A stretch of DNA of 64,000 nt. Source: Blastocystis sp. Blastoise (Eukaryota; Protista; Bigyra: Opalinata). Made by a program: the position numbers and the translations under genes. Every line of letters begins with the position of its first letter. Within the stretch, counting starts at the first letter, position 1. Shown here piece after piece: positions 21,836-35,667 of the stretch. The notes under the pieces were generated by a model. That model was not told where the DNA came from and did not search any database. It worked only from the letters and a program-made list of their open reading frames with translations. Where the stretch lies: contig JBBPEB010000011.1 in NCBI GenBank assembly GCA_039096225.1, positions 558,001-622,000 of the forward strand. Reading direction: 5' to 3'.

Positions 21836-23201
21836 AAAACTTTTAAGTCTTCTTATATACAACAAAATATAAATAGACTCAGTTTTAAACGAGAAAAATA
21901 TTCCCGTAAATATTTTTAAAATGGAAAATTCTGGTCTGACTACCCATGGAATAAATAGGCTCGGTTCAATTTTTCAGTGTAAAAAAATATAATTTTTTGA
22001 CTTTTTGGCTGAATTTTGGTTTCGAACCATATAGGTCTTTTTATTCATTTTTAATCATATATGTGACTCTGAGAGGGTCTTCACTTTAAACACAACTATA
22101 AAATATTTTAAAATATTGACCCTCATTTTCTTCAGAATTGCGACTTTAAAATAAATAAAAACGGTTTGGATATCGTGTGATCCTCTGTAAATAAAAAATA
22201 TTGTCAATTCTTTAATAAAATATGTTTAATAGGGTTTTTGTGTCTAAATCAAAAGTCGACTTAAAATTTTTATGAAAATTTTGTTTTTTTTGCCTAAGTC
22301 TTTTTTTTGTTATAATTTTATTGGCTGAATAAGTTTTGAACGAAAATTAGCCAATCAAAAAGCTTTAAAAATTAAAAATGACCTGATAGTGTATTATATA
22401 CTATTCATTTTTTGTTTTTTTTTTATTTTCTATAAATTCTACCCTTTAATAATCTGTGAAAGAAATAAATATCAAAAAAAAAACTTTTCCTGTTATATCA
22501 TATTAAAATAATGTTAATTATTCTTAATAGTATAATAGAAATGAATACACAACATCATAAATAAGAGAATTATCAAATATTGAAAAAAAAACCATGGAAT
22601 GTTATCGCAAAAAAAAAATGTATGTAAAAAAGTCAAAGAACAAATTGATTATAAATTATAAATATATATATTGTAATAATATACATATATATAATTTATA
22701 CATATATATTTGAGTAAGTGAAAATCAATAACATTCTAAATAAAGATATAATATATAAATATATTTAATTTAAATAATTTTAAAAAATTTATATATATAA
22801 ATATATATATATCTAAATTTTCAAATATTTGAAAAAAAATTAAAGTAATAGAAAAAAAAATAATAAAAACATATATATACATATATAAATAATAAAATAA
22901 TTATATATTAGATGAATAGGAATTAGTAATAAAGGAACGAAGGATAAAGAGAAGGATATATATATTTAAAAAATGATGAAAGAATATAAATATCAATATA
23001 TCTAATTATTAAATATATATGAAAAAAAAAGATATTCATATAATATTTATAGTATTCATATATATAAAGAGAAGAAAAGACAATTGAATATATACAACAA
23101 CAACAAAAATACAAATAGTAATAATTCATAAACATAAAATAATTCTCAAAAATAATGTCTTGAAAAAAAAAGAATAGAATTATATATAAATATTATTGAA
23201 T

Positions 23202-23639
23202 TTAATTATAAAAGCCAAAATATTGATTTTCTTTAACATATTTCGGGAATACAAAATGAGATTCAATTGTATATATATTATTACTATATATATTTTCACC
23301 AAATTGTTTTGAAATATATAATAATTCATTTGTTTGCTTTTGATTTCTTTCAGTCAAACTTTGTGGACTATAATAAGTATATAAATTAATAGTCACATCC
23401 GAATTCACTGCAAAAAGTAATTTGAATGAAAGAACGTTTGAGGATAAACCTCCATTAAATAATATTTTGTATTTATATATTTTTTGTTTGTTATTCTGTG
23501 GACTTACTGCTACTTCAGAAAAAGAAGGAATTTCTTTAGATATATCCCAATATATCTATATATATGTAGATATATATATATATATATAGTATTTTATTTA
23601 AAAATAAAATAAAAATAATATAAAATAGGTGTATAATTG

Positions 23640-23672
<33 letters not shown>

Positions 23673-23793
23673 TATATATATATATATATTAATTCTCCAG
23701 AGACTATTTCCATATATGATAACCCCCCTGTTTGAGAGAGATCCAACACAAATTGAAGACGACGCTTCCATCTATATTTATATAATAATAATA

Positions 23794-23873
<80 letters not shown>

Positions 23874-24634
23874 TATTAAGAGGCTTAAAAGAACATTTCT
23901 TATTACATACTTCTTCTCGTTTTAACTATATATATATATATAATAATAATATAATAATAATATAATAATAATAAGTATAATAAGTATAATAAACCTACAT
24001 AAATAAAAGGATAATGATTATTATTAAAGAGTGGTATAGTATTCGCTTTATCAATTTGGGCATGTAAGCCACTATAATGTGATTCACCAAAATAAGTATA
24101 TGCTAACGATAAACTACTACGAGGTACTTGAGGTAACTATATATATATAATCAATAGAATATGTATAATTATTTAGAAAAAGTATTTCAATTATAATAAT
24201 AATATATTATTTTTCCTGTTATAATGATAATAATAATAATAATATATATATATATATAAATATAAAATAAACACCTTAAATGATTTCGTAATAGAATAAA
24301 GATTCTTTGTATCTTTTGTATATATTTCTATATAATTCCCGCGGGGAGCAGCATTATATCGATTATGTTCTCTTAATTCAATAGTTTTGAGGTTTGTCGT
24401 ATGTAATAAATGAATCATAGAAACATAAGAAGATGAAGTAATTAAAGAATAGAAAGAAAGAAGGAGAACTACAAGTATTGAGAATGATATAGTAACATAA
24501 TACTCAGAATATGAAGTAAAACGATATATATAAGGATGTAGAGATAGAAGAAGGAAGAATATCTATAAACAATATTATTATAGTTTATTATTATAGTTTA
24601 TTATTATAGTTTATTATTATTATTATTATTATAG

Positions 24635-24666
<32 letters not shown>

Positions 24667-24727
24667 GATTATGATTATGATTATGATTATGATTATGATT
24701 ATGATTATGATTATGATTATGATTATG

Positions 24728-24783
<56 letters not shown>

Positions 24784-27700
24784 AACACATATATATATAC
24801 CTGTACAAGTATAAAGACTACAATGGCAATTTCTACGGTAGTAGGGGATACGGATCCAAGAATAACGCTGAAAGGAAGGTAGAAACAAGAAAAATCTCTT
24901 AATATAAATCCGAATATAATAGAAAGAGGTATTGTATTAATAAATAATGATAAGAAGAAGGGTTCCCCACGAGGAAGATTTTTAATATATATATTGAGAA
25001 TAGCAAATAATTTGGGCATAAAGAAAGTAATAGAAGAAGTAATAAATGTGATTAATGGATATATAGCAAAGGGAGAATGAAGAAGAGAGAATAGAAGAAG
25101 AAGAAGGATAGAAAAGAAATTCAAAATAAGTATATGATAATTGGTTGTTAATGCTATATATCTATATAAATATATATATATATATAGCATTATAATTTTA
25201 ATAAATGTTATTTATAATAAAAAAAATACTTTTTCAGTTTTTGTTTATATTGTATGTTATATATATAGATATAGACAACTGTACATAAACCGCCAAAGGA
25301 GAAATATCCATAAAGAAGACTATAATGCCTATATATATATATATATATAGTTATAAATCTAATCATAATAATTATTATTATCATAAGAATAAACATAATA
25401 TATATATATTATATATATACCAAATATAAGTTAAATTAACGAAAACAGAGAGAATCAGGAATAGTATACTAACTGTCAAGAATACAGTAATAAGAACAAT
25501 AGAAGAGATCACGTGAGTTGAGAGGGATTTGAGGCCCAATAGAGGATATAGAATGTAAAATAGAACAAGAGAAAGACAAGAGAATAATAACAAATAAGTG
25601 TAATTGAAGGAGAACTATATATATATATATATAGGAACAAATTATAATTTTGAAATAAATAGTTGATTTTTTAATAAATAAAAAAACATAAAAAATAAAT
25701 ATATAAAAACATTATCATAGTCATAATAATATATATACAAAGAATGTATTAAATAAAGTAATAAAGAATGTATTTGGAGCTGAATTCTCATGGAAATCTT
25801 GTTGTGTCTTTTGTGCGGCTAACGTAATGAATGTATAAAGATCTTCAACGATTGGTTGAATGTACCCTTCTGGAGGAACAGAAGAAGAGAAAGAAGAAAG
25901 ACCCATGTACATATTAACACTATATATATTATTATATATATATATATATATTATTATTATTTTCATTTATTATTATTATATATACAAAGGAATATCTTTT
26001 CTGTCTTCCATATGATTATATTTCGATAAATGAGGATATTCATTTAAATGTAATAAGGATAATATATATTGAGAGAATGAATTACCGCGGGGATAAGGAA
26101 CACTATAGAATTATGAAGTTTATATTCGTATTCACAATATATATATAAAAAAGTTATAAAATAACTAGTATTATAATATTTAATATATATATATATACTG
26201 TTTATAAATAGAAGAGAATACTCCATGGCTTTCCATTTCTTTAAAAAGAATGAACCCATCACCCAAATCTCGATTTACCTCCAAATTAATAGCGGCAAAT
26301 GTTGATGTTGACCATTTATGGGTAGAAAAAGTCTGATAACACTATATATATTATTATTATTATATATTATTATTATCTGAGATATTATTATTATATATTA
26401 TATATTATTATTATTATATATTATGATTATTATATATTATTATTTTTAATAGTATATACTTGTTCTTGATTTGTAGAGGCAAAGCAGAAGTTGAATAGAA
26501 GTCTTGTATTATAGAGAGGAGCAGAGGGAGTATGAGATAAACTCATCAGGGTATCCAATATAGACTATATAGATATATATATATTTATTTATTTATTTTA
26601 GAAACCATAAAATAATAAATGACAATCATAATAAATAGAATAATAATAAATAGAATAATATTCTATAAATACAGCAAGTAGAGTATTTGATGTGAAAGTG
26701 TCTTGTGCGAATATATCGCTATCAACAGGAACATTTATAAGTAAAGAAGGAAGCACTGTATAATCTATACATATATATATTTATTATATATATATAAACT
26801 ATATTATTCAATTATACAATAATACTATTTTAACAAATATTATAATAGAATTAGAGAATATATAATTTTATAATAAAAATAAAATAATGATTTTCTTTAT
26901 ATATACCTATGGTTCCTTCGTTGGAAGAAGGATTTAGAGACACAATAATGTTAGTAACATTCTTATAAAGTACATAAGATATAGTATCATGAATAACAGT
27001 ATTATAACCTCCTGAAGAATGGATTTGCTATATATATATATATATTGAATAAGAAAGATAAATAATCAGACATATTAATAAACAAAATAAAAATAAATAA
27101 AAAAAATTAAATTAAATTAAATAAATAAAAAAAAAACAAAAATTAAATTAAATTAAATAAATAAAAAAAAACAAAAATAAAATAAACTAAACATACTTCA
27201 TATTGAAGAACCCAACTGTTTTTATTAAAATTGTCTTGAAGACTATTAAGAAATTCAGTAATATGATTAGAAACATTAATTTCACTACTAATAGTACCTA
27301 TAAACATTATACATAATAAAAATGAAATCATATGAAAAAGAGTATCATCTACTTAATTATATTGATAAGCTAAAAGAAAATACCTGTTTCATGAGTACCA
27401 AACTTTGACAAGAATTTCATGTGGTTTACAACTCTTTCTTCAGAAACAGCAGTATAATCACCTTTTGAAACAGGTGCAAAGCGAGTACATCCTGAATGAT
27501 ATGCCATAAAAAAAGAAGCAAAAACACTAAATAGACAAATATGTTTTGATTATAAAAAATATAGAATAGAAAAGAAAATACAAGACCATGACCATAAGAA
27601 ATTTTATTCCAGAATACTTAGTTGACTTTTGTTCAATAGTCATCATAGTTTCACTTGTTTCAGGAAGATTTGAAGCTTCTACATACTTTAAACTGGCTAA

Positions 27701-27802
27701 GCCAACACCATCAATTACTCTTGAAGAGTCAGAAGTATATCCCTTACCTAAGATATCATCACTACTTCCAAATGAACCACCTGCTGCTTGTCTTCTTTGC
27801 AT
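23202..27802 (-). CDS. Multi-exon ERMP1-like M28 membrane metallopeptidase homolog with degenerate active site
   Basis: Spliced exons read: N-terminal TM, VSEERVVNHMKFLSKFGTHETG, YKNVTNIIVSL, LLINVPVDS, LLFNF, THKW...FAAINLE, VPYPRGN, then many TM helices and a C-terminal lumenal domain. Confidence 0.72.
24585..24782. repeat. Intronic (TAT)n/(GATTAT)n microsatellite
   Basis: Directly visible; source of the poly-Ile ORF in the track. Confidence 0.9.
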
Positions 27803-28368
27803 GATGACTCTGAAAATGATAGTTCTTTTTTTTATGAAAACAAAAATGCAATAAACAGGAAAATCGTTTATCTGGAAAACAATAACCGCGAATATCAACT
27901 AATTTAAAAAAAGGGTTGTATCATCACTTTATATATATAAATTAGCATATATATCATGTGAATTTTCATATACAAAATAGATCGATGAAGATAACGTCTT
28001 AAAAGAATTATGAAAAAAGTTGTTGTTTTCATTTTTATATAAACAATTTGTTTATTTTTCATAAATTATAGTCATGAAATTATGCTTAGGATTGGTTTAT
28101 TTGTTCTAGCAACTTAATTTTCAATTCAAAGATGTCTATGAAAAAATAATTAAAAAGTAGTGTATTGTTCAATATATGTTAATTAATGATTGTTAGATCA
28201 AGTGAATTTATTGTTTATAATGTATATAGATATATGTAAACGAATTAGAAGACAAAATAAAAACAGTTTTTGCAATCATTTCATTTATTGATTTTAAAAA
28301 TTTGTATTGAATATAAAACTAAATACAAAAATAAAATGATAAAATAATAATTGAGTAAAATAAATTCT

Positions 28369-28662
28369 TTATTCTAGTTTAATATGATTACGTATAATAG
28401 ATAATAAATTAAGTTTTTTATTCTTTTCTATACTTCTCTTTACATATTTTTGATATCTTCTCAAAATTGCACTTAATAAAAGACAAGCAATCATGGCATA
28501 AAATAAATACTGAACAGATTGCTTACAAATTGAATAATTTGAATAATCTGTACTTCGGCATCCAAAAAATGGGCTACAACTATATATATAATTAGTATAT
28601 CGATTGTGAATACAAGATTTGCTTAAACAGTAATATTTATTGTATTAAAAGAAATGAATTAA

Positions 28663-28701
<39 letters not shown>

Positions 28702-30034
28702 TTTTTGATAATTTCATCACAAGAGGATCTCCTTATATAATAATAGATAGCAAAACCTATACCAATAAGGAAAATAATCGTGGGAATAATTGCTCTTTGA
28801 AGAATAGGAGTATATAAAGTATCTTTAGGCATCTATATATATAGAATTATGATTATAGTATATAAAGAATTATATTTTTGAATAAATAATATAGAATTAT
28901 TATTATTATATTTTATATAGAATTATTATTATTATATTATATATAAAATTATTATTATTATATTATATATAAAATTATTATTATTATATTATATATAGAA
29001 TTATGATTACAAATTATATTTTTATTCATAAATAATATATAGAATTATCATTATTCAATGATAATATTCACTAGTTTAAATATTTTTATTAAAAAAAAAA
29101 GAATTCTATATACTTCTTCAAGCATTTGTCTCCAAATAGCAATCATATAATTGCCAATATGTAGAATAAGTTGATCATGTACATAATAATTAAAGTCATA
29201 AGTAAATATAGTTCCTTTTCCTATTACAACATGCCACTGAGGACCATAATAATAGGTTAATATCGACTATATACACAATATAGAATATAGTCATAGATAG
29301 AAAAAAACTTATTTTTTTAAAATAGTATCTATAATATATTATTATTTATGTCTATTTAATATGAATAAAACCTTATAAACTAATATATATACTCTTAACA
29401 TTTTTGGTATATTATTTTCTTCAATATCACTGGATAATACAGTATCAACATGCTATAGATAATGATCAATAATAATAAAATATGAAAATAATAATGAAAT
29501 TATATGTATAAATACCTTGCAAACTCTCTTTTGAAAATCTTCTTCCATCTTAGAATCTACAACATTGATATGTTTACATCTATTTTAGAATAACAATAAT
29601 AATATTTAAAAAAGGAAAAGAATACTGTTTAGCAGGATTTAATTTTTCCATTTGAGAAGGAATTTCACCTATACCCATAGGAGGTTGAAAGAATAAAATA
29701 AGTAAATTAGTTTTGAAGTCTTTAATAACTCCCATATGACCATTTCTCTACAAAAAAATGAAAGATTAGCGAACATAATTCATTTTTATAACATGAAACT
29801 ATATATATAATATATAAATTTATATACGTAACGAATAGCATTATTTAAATCGGAACCAGCAATGACATTCCACCCTTTTCCCCATTCGGATATCAACAGT
29901 TCAGAAAGAATATAAACAATTGTTTGCAAATCATCAACAAGTTGAACTTGCAACAGCATATCTCTTATACTACTTTCGATTGGTTTCTCAAGTTCTTTAT
30001 AAACCAAATTATATCGTATTTTGTTCTCAGACAT
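28369..30034 (-). CDS. Multi-exon protein with two dynein light chain (LC8-like) domains and two C-terminal TM helices
   Basis: EWGKGWNVIAG and VVDSKMEEDFQ...YYGPQWHVVIGKG motifs, then AIIPTIIFLIGIGFAIYYI, a Cys-rich loop and YLFYAMIACLLLSAIL; GT-AG introns. Confidence 0.7.
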
Positions 30035-30370
30035 TCCTTCTTAAAAATAGAAAAACTCTTTTTTCTCTTTTTTTCTTTAAACTTCTGTTTTATATTGAAA
30101 GTCAATTAAATTTATTTATACAAAAATATATTTTATTTTGTATTGATATCTTGAATTCTCGATATCATTTTTTTTAGGCTCTTTGTATACATAACTAGTA
30201 AAATATAAATAATTCGCTGTTTATAGTTTATCATTTTTAGAATATTTAGATTTCAAACTAATATTATAAAATATTAAAAAAATAAAAAAATAATTAAAAG
30301 TTAAAAAGCCAATGAACACCCAAAAATGGCATTAAATTACTTTTTTTTATAATTGAAAAGGGAAAAGAAT

Positions 30371-32890
30371 TTAATTTTTCGTCAATTTATGGAATCTTTC
30401 TGGAACATAAGGTTTAAAACAATCAGGTAAAGAGACACTACCATCTTTATTTTGAAAAGTTTCTAAGATTGCCACAAATAATCGAGGTAAAGCAACAGCT
30501 GTACCATTCAGTGTATGACAATACACACGATTTCCATTTATCTTTATAAATATATACATAGATTTATATATTAATAAAGATAACAGAGATCGAATAATAA
30601 TATTAAATATATATATATATATATATACTTTTGATCGTATATTAAGTCTTCGACTTTGATAATCTGTACAATTACTTATTGAACATATTTCTCCATAATC
30701 TCCTCTACCAGGCATATAGGCTTCAAAATCAATCTTACGATAAGCACTATTTCCTAATTCCTCTATATATATATTAGACTATGATTTCTATTTAAAAGAA
30801 TAAATATATAAATAATAAATAAATAACTAAATAAACATAAAAGATATAAAAATAATAAAAAAAGAATAAACATAAAAAATATAAAAAATTAATAAAATGA
30901 AAAAAAAAATGAAAAAATATATATATATATATAGTAATAGTATAAAAAAGACTATACCTGTGGGCATTTCTAATACTCTGGCGTGAAGTCCAATTTCTGA
31001 GCATATTTCTTTCTGAATAGATACTAATTCATCAAAACACAAGGCACTTTGAGAAGGTAAACATACATGATACATTTCTACCTATATATATATATAATAG
31101 AATTAATAGACTATTAATATTATATGTTATAAATGGTTTTATATACAGTTACGAAAGATAATTCATAGAGTTATACAAATAATATACATATATAAATAAT
31201 TGAAATTAATAATAATAATAAAAATAAAAATAAATAAATAAATAAATAAATAAAAACATATATACATATATATATACATATATATATATATACTTTATTA
31301 AATTGATGTACCCTATAGAGTCCTTTATCCTTTGCTCCTGTAGCTCCTGCTTCTCGTCGAAAACAGTGGGAAATACCGCAATATCGAAGAGGAAGAGAAG
31401 AACCAGGCAACATTTCTATATATATATATATATATATTATACATATATTTTTAATATAGAATGATAAAAAATAAATGAATACTAATGTTTTTTAATATTG
31501 TTTTTATATTCATAATGATATGGAAAACATATATATATATACTATTATAATTATAGCATGCAAGAGGAATTTCACTGGTTCCAATTAGCGATAAGTCAGG
31601 GACGTTTGACTCTGTATTTCCATTTGAAATATTATATATCTGAGTGCTTTCCCCACGGGGATTGAATCCACATCCTAACTATAATATATATATATATTAA
31701 TCTATGATAAAAAATAGAAGAATAGATACATATTACTATAATAAATAATAACGATTTTATGAATATTAAAAACTATAGAATACAATAATAATAAAGATTC
31801 TATATACAATAGCATTTTGTTGTACTAGATCTGGAGTCTCCATACATATATATCCCTTCAGAGATAACTTATTTAATACATACATTAGTATACCATATTC
31901 CCAAAATACTAATCCCTATATATATTATATTACATTATATTATATTTTATATATTATATATATCCAGAATAATATGCCAAAAAGTCCTTTATTTAGAATA
32001 TAATTATATATATATACATTTTGTAAATAAGTAAATCGAGGTCCTGTTACTTGAGTTGCTGATTCAAAATCAACCAATTTCAGACTGGTTACAATATCTA
32101 AGTACAATTGATTAAAGAAATATATACTCTAATAAACATAATAATCATAAACAGTATAATAATAGTATATATTTATAAAAAAAGAATGAATATAAATAAA
32201 TAATAGTGGATATATTATTCTTTGGTTTAAAATCATATATTCTCTTCTCTCTAATATATTCTTTTAGAACAGCATTCTCTTCTGGTCCAATTGCTATATA
32301 TATAAATATATATTAATATATATATTATATATATTATAAAAACTAGAAAAAAAATAAAGAATACGAGTTTCAGGAGATGTTAAGTTAGGTAAAACTAAAG
32401 TTTTAGAAATCAAAGTTGCATAGAGTTCATTGATTTCTTTTTCTAAGTGACATAAATTAAGAAAATATAATATATATATTTTTCTAAAATGAGTAAAAAA
32501 GAAAAATAAGGATATCTTAACTATTTTTTCTTTACGTTCTTTACTTTGACGAATTATTTCCTATATATACGATCATTAATATTATTATATAAGATTCAAA
32601 ACAAAAATATATCAAATTACAGGATCTTTAGCAGTTTCTTTAGTGATCTTATTTTTCAGCATTTTCAAATCGTCTATTTCTTTCCTTTGCTTTCCATATT
32701 GTGTGTACAACGAAATAATTTCATCAATATCTCCAGTTCGATTCCTGATCTTCAAATTGTTTTTATAGACATCAGCCGATTCCACAATATCCTTGAAATT
32801 ATAGTGTGGATCAACAGCAATTCCAACAAAAGAACGCATATATGATGATTTAATGATCTTTGATATATCATAAATAGATCTACGTAACAT
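30371..32890 (-). CDS. SARS2: Seryl-tRNA synthetase, organellar type with N-terminal presequence; multi-exon
   Basis: [33 protein letters not shown]...[40 protein letters not shown]. Confidence 0.93.
32102..32213 (-). other. U12-type AT-AC intron (112 nt) in SerRS
   Basis: 5' ATATCCAC, branch-like TTCTTTAAT near the 3' end, 3' TAC; removal gives DFKPKNN|[13 protein letters not shown]. Confidence 0.8.
32447..32515 (-). other. U12-type AT-AC intron (69 nt) in SerRS
   Basis: 5' ATATCCTT, branch-like TTTCTTAAT, 3' CAC; removal gives KEKIVK|LEKEINEL. Confidence 0.87.
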
Positions 32891-33655
32891 TTTGAAATAT
32901 CTTTATTACTTAAAGTCACCAAAATGATAAATAAAAGAAAAGTGAAAAAGAATATGTATTTCTTGGGGAGGCAAAACTTTTTTCTTTATTTATTTTTAAT
33001 CTATGAATATTCACTTTCAATACTTCAAATATGTCTGAAAGAAGTCTATACACTTTATAGATAACTAATGAATGTTTATAACTGAATGAAAAATGATTGA
33101 TTAAAATATTTCGATAATTATTTATTTTTTATCTCTTGAATTAGATCACCTATAGAACCAGTCAATAATCTAATTTATAGCAATCCTAGTTATAGCTATT
33201 TTTTATCAGAAAATGATTACAGCAAAAAGAAATTGTTATAGAAATAGTTTTTAATTATGTCAAGTAGTTATTGATCCTATGTAGACACTAAAGTCGCTGT
33301 TCTATACAAAAATTAAACACGAAAAATGAGAAAACTAAAATTCCACAAAATATCAGTTCATAAACATAATAAGAAGGATATAATTAATCTAATGAATATG
33401 AATATTTGCATCTAAAAGAAACAATACACAAACTTAACACGAAAAAACACTTTATTAAAAAGCAATAAAAAGTGATGGAATTCTAAAGTAAAGGAGCCAG
33501 CCAATCAAACGACTAAAAAATGAATGAAAAGTCTTTCACTGAATCACCAAAAAAAACCTTGGGGATATCCTTTTTTTCAAACAATGATAAAAAGTCATGA
33601 CAAATTATATCCATATTATCTTGTTCTGATTCTTTGTTATTATTAATATTTACAG

Positions 33656-34810
33656 ATGGCTAGTCAAAAGTGCATTATTTATTCCCTTATCAGCAGAAAG
33701 GATGTTGTTCTTTGTGAAGAAACTTTAGGTAGCGCTGCTTCTAAATCTACTGGTAACTTTGCTCAAATTACCATGAACCTTTTACCTAAGTTCTCTACTG
33801 CTGGTAAACATACTTTCCATTATGATGAGTATTTTTTTTATAATTATTATTCGATTTTATTCTACCTGAATATATCTTTATCTATACTATTTTTATTTTT
33901 AGAAAGTACGATTTCCATGTATTAAATGATGGTGGTATTTCTTACATTGCTTTATCTGATAGAGATCTTCAACTCCGTATTGCTTTCGTAAGTTCTGTTT
34001 TCTTATTATGTTCAATTTTCAAATCTCCTATTTATTTTTTAGAGTTATTTAAATGATGTTATGCAAAATTTCACTACTACTTATGGGTATTTATTTTATT
34101 TAATATATTTTTTTGTTTACTATAATTAATGTTTATATAGTCAACGTGCTAAGACTGCTCAAGCTTATTCCATGTCTGAATTCTCTTCTACTCTTCAAAA
34201 ATTAATGGTATATATATGTTTTTTTATTATTTTTTATTTTTTATTTATTATTTATTTTTTTTTATTTATTTATTATTTTTTTTATTATTTATTATTTTTT
34301 TTTATTATTTTTTTATTAATTATTTTTTATTATTAACAAACAAAAATATATATATGTTTTTTTATAAAATATTATAAAATATTTTATAATGAATATAATA
34401 TATAATATATATACTATTATAGACTCAATGGAATGACCCTAATGCTGATGTCACTACTCGTGTTCAACAAAAACTTGATAATGTTAAGGGTGTTATGATT
34501 GATAATATTGATAAGATTCTTGATAGAGGTGAGAAATTAGATATTATTGTCGATAAATCTGAAGCTCTTGCTGATACTGCTGATTTATTTATTATTATTA
34601 TATTATATAATATTATAAAAATAATTAGTATAATAAAAGTAATTATTATATAATAATTATTCTATATATTTATTTAAGAAAGATGCTAGTAAATTAAAAT
34701 GTGAAATGTTAAAGCAAAGAGCTAAACTTTATATTTTCATTGCTATTATCATTATTATCATCATCATCATTATTATTGTCAACAGTGTTAATAAGAATAA
34801 CAGCTCTTAA
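33656..34810 (+). CDS. VAMP7: Longin R-SNARE, VAMP7-like; multi-exon
   Basis: Longin domain (IIYSLISRKDVVLCE...GNFAQI...RIAF), SNARE motif VKGVMIDNIDKILDRGEKLDIIVDKSEAL, C-terminal TM. Confidence 0.9.
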
Positions 34811-35117
34811 ATTGTATAAGACCTATATCGTCTCTTTATACTTGATTGTACTCTTTTATATATGTATATTCTACTCTCTTTTTTAAAATGAAACAAGTTC
34901 AATATATAATACAATAGTTTTTTTCTTATAGTCTTTTGTTTATTTTTTTTTGCATTTTAAAAACTAACCTTTTTATTTCTTTTTTATTTATAAAAAAAAA
35001 AAATTAAAAAATTACGATAATGAAATAAATGAATATTTGATGAACAAACAAGAAAAGAAATAAAACGAATAATTTCTTTAAAAAATATATAGACTACATA
35101 AACACAATAATAAAAAC

Positions 35118-35667
35118 TTAGTTAACTTCTCTGACAAGAGTAATATTATCACCTTTTAATAAAATTCTACCTATATATATATATAGAATATAGAATAAAT
35201 AGTAACAGAAGAGAACGAATATAAATAAATAATACAAAAAAAATTGTCATAGATATAAAATCATTAAAAATAATAATAAACAAACATACCAAGATCTTTA
35301 CGAGATTTATTTTTGATATTAATTTCACAAGCATCATCAACAACAACATTCATATATTCATCAAAACCCTATATACATGAATTATGATAATTAAATAAAA
35401 AAATAGTAACAATAATAAAATAAAACTATACTTTAATTTGTCCTTCTATTCTAGTAGCATTTTGTTCATATAACCAAAATTCACATCTAGTCTTGTATGA
35501 TAATTATAGAAACATATACAAAAATATATATAGAAGAGAATATTAAAAATTTAATTAGTGAAAATAATTGATAGATTAAATAATTATTATAAAAAGGATA
35601 TCTTTTGTAAGAAACCGAATAAAGTATCAATAGGTTGAATTAAAACTTTCTTGGCTTTACGTTGCAT
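35118..35667 (-). CDS. SNRPE: Small nuclear ribonucleoprotein E (SmE); 4 exons
   Basis: [22 protein letters not shown]|[21 protein letters not shown]|[27 protein letters not shown]|[16 protein letters not shown]. Confidence 0.95.
35495..35601 (-). other. U12-type AT-AC intron (107 nt) in SmE
   Basis: 5' ATATCCTTT, 3' TAC; removal restores the conserved SmE sequence. Confidence 0.9.
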
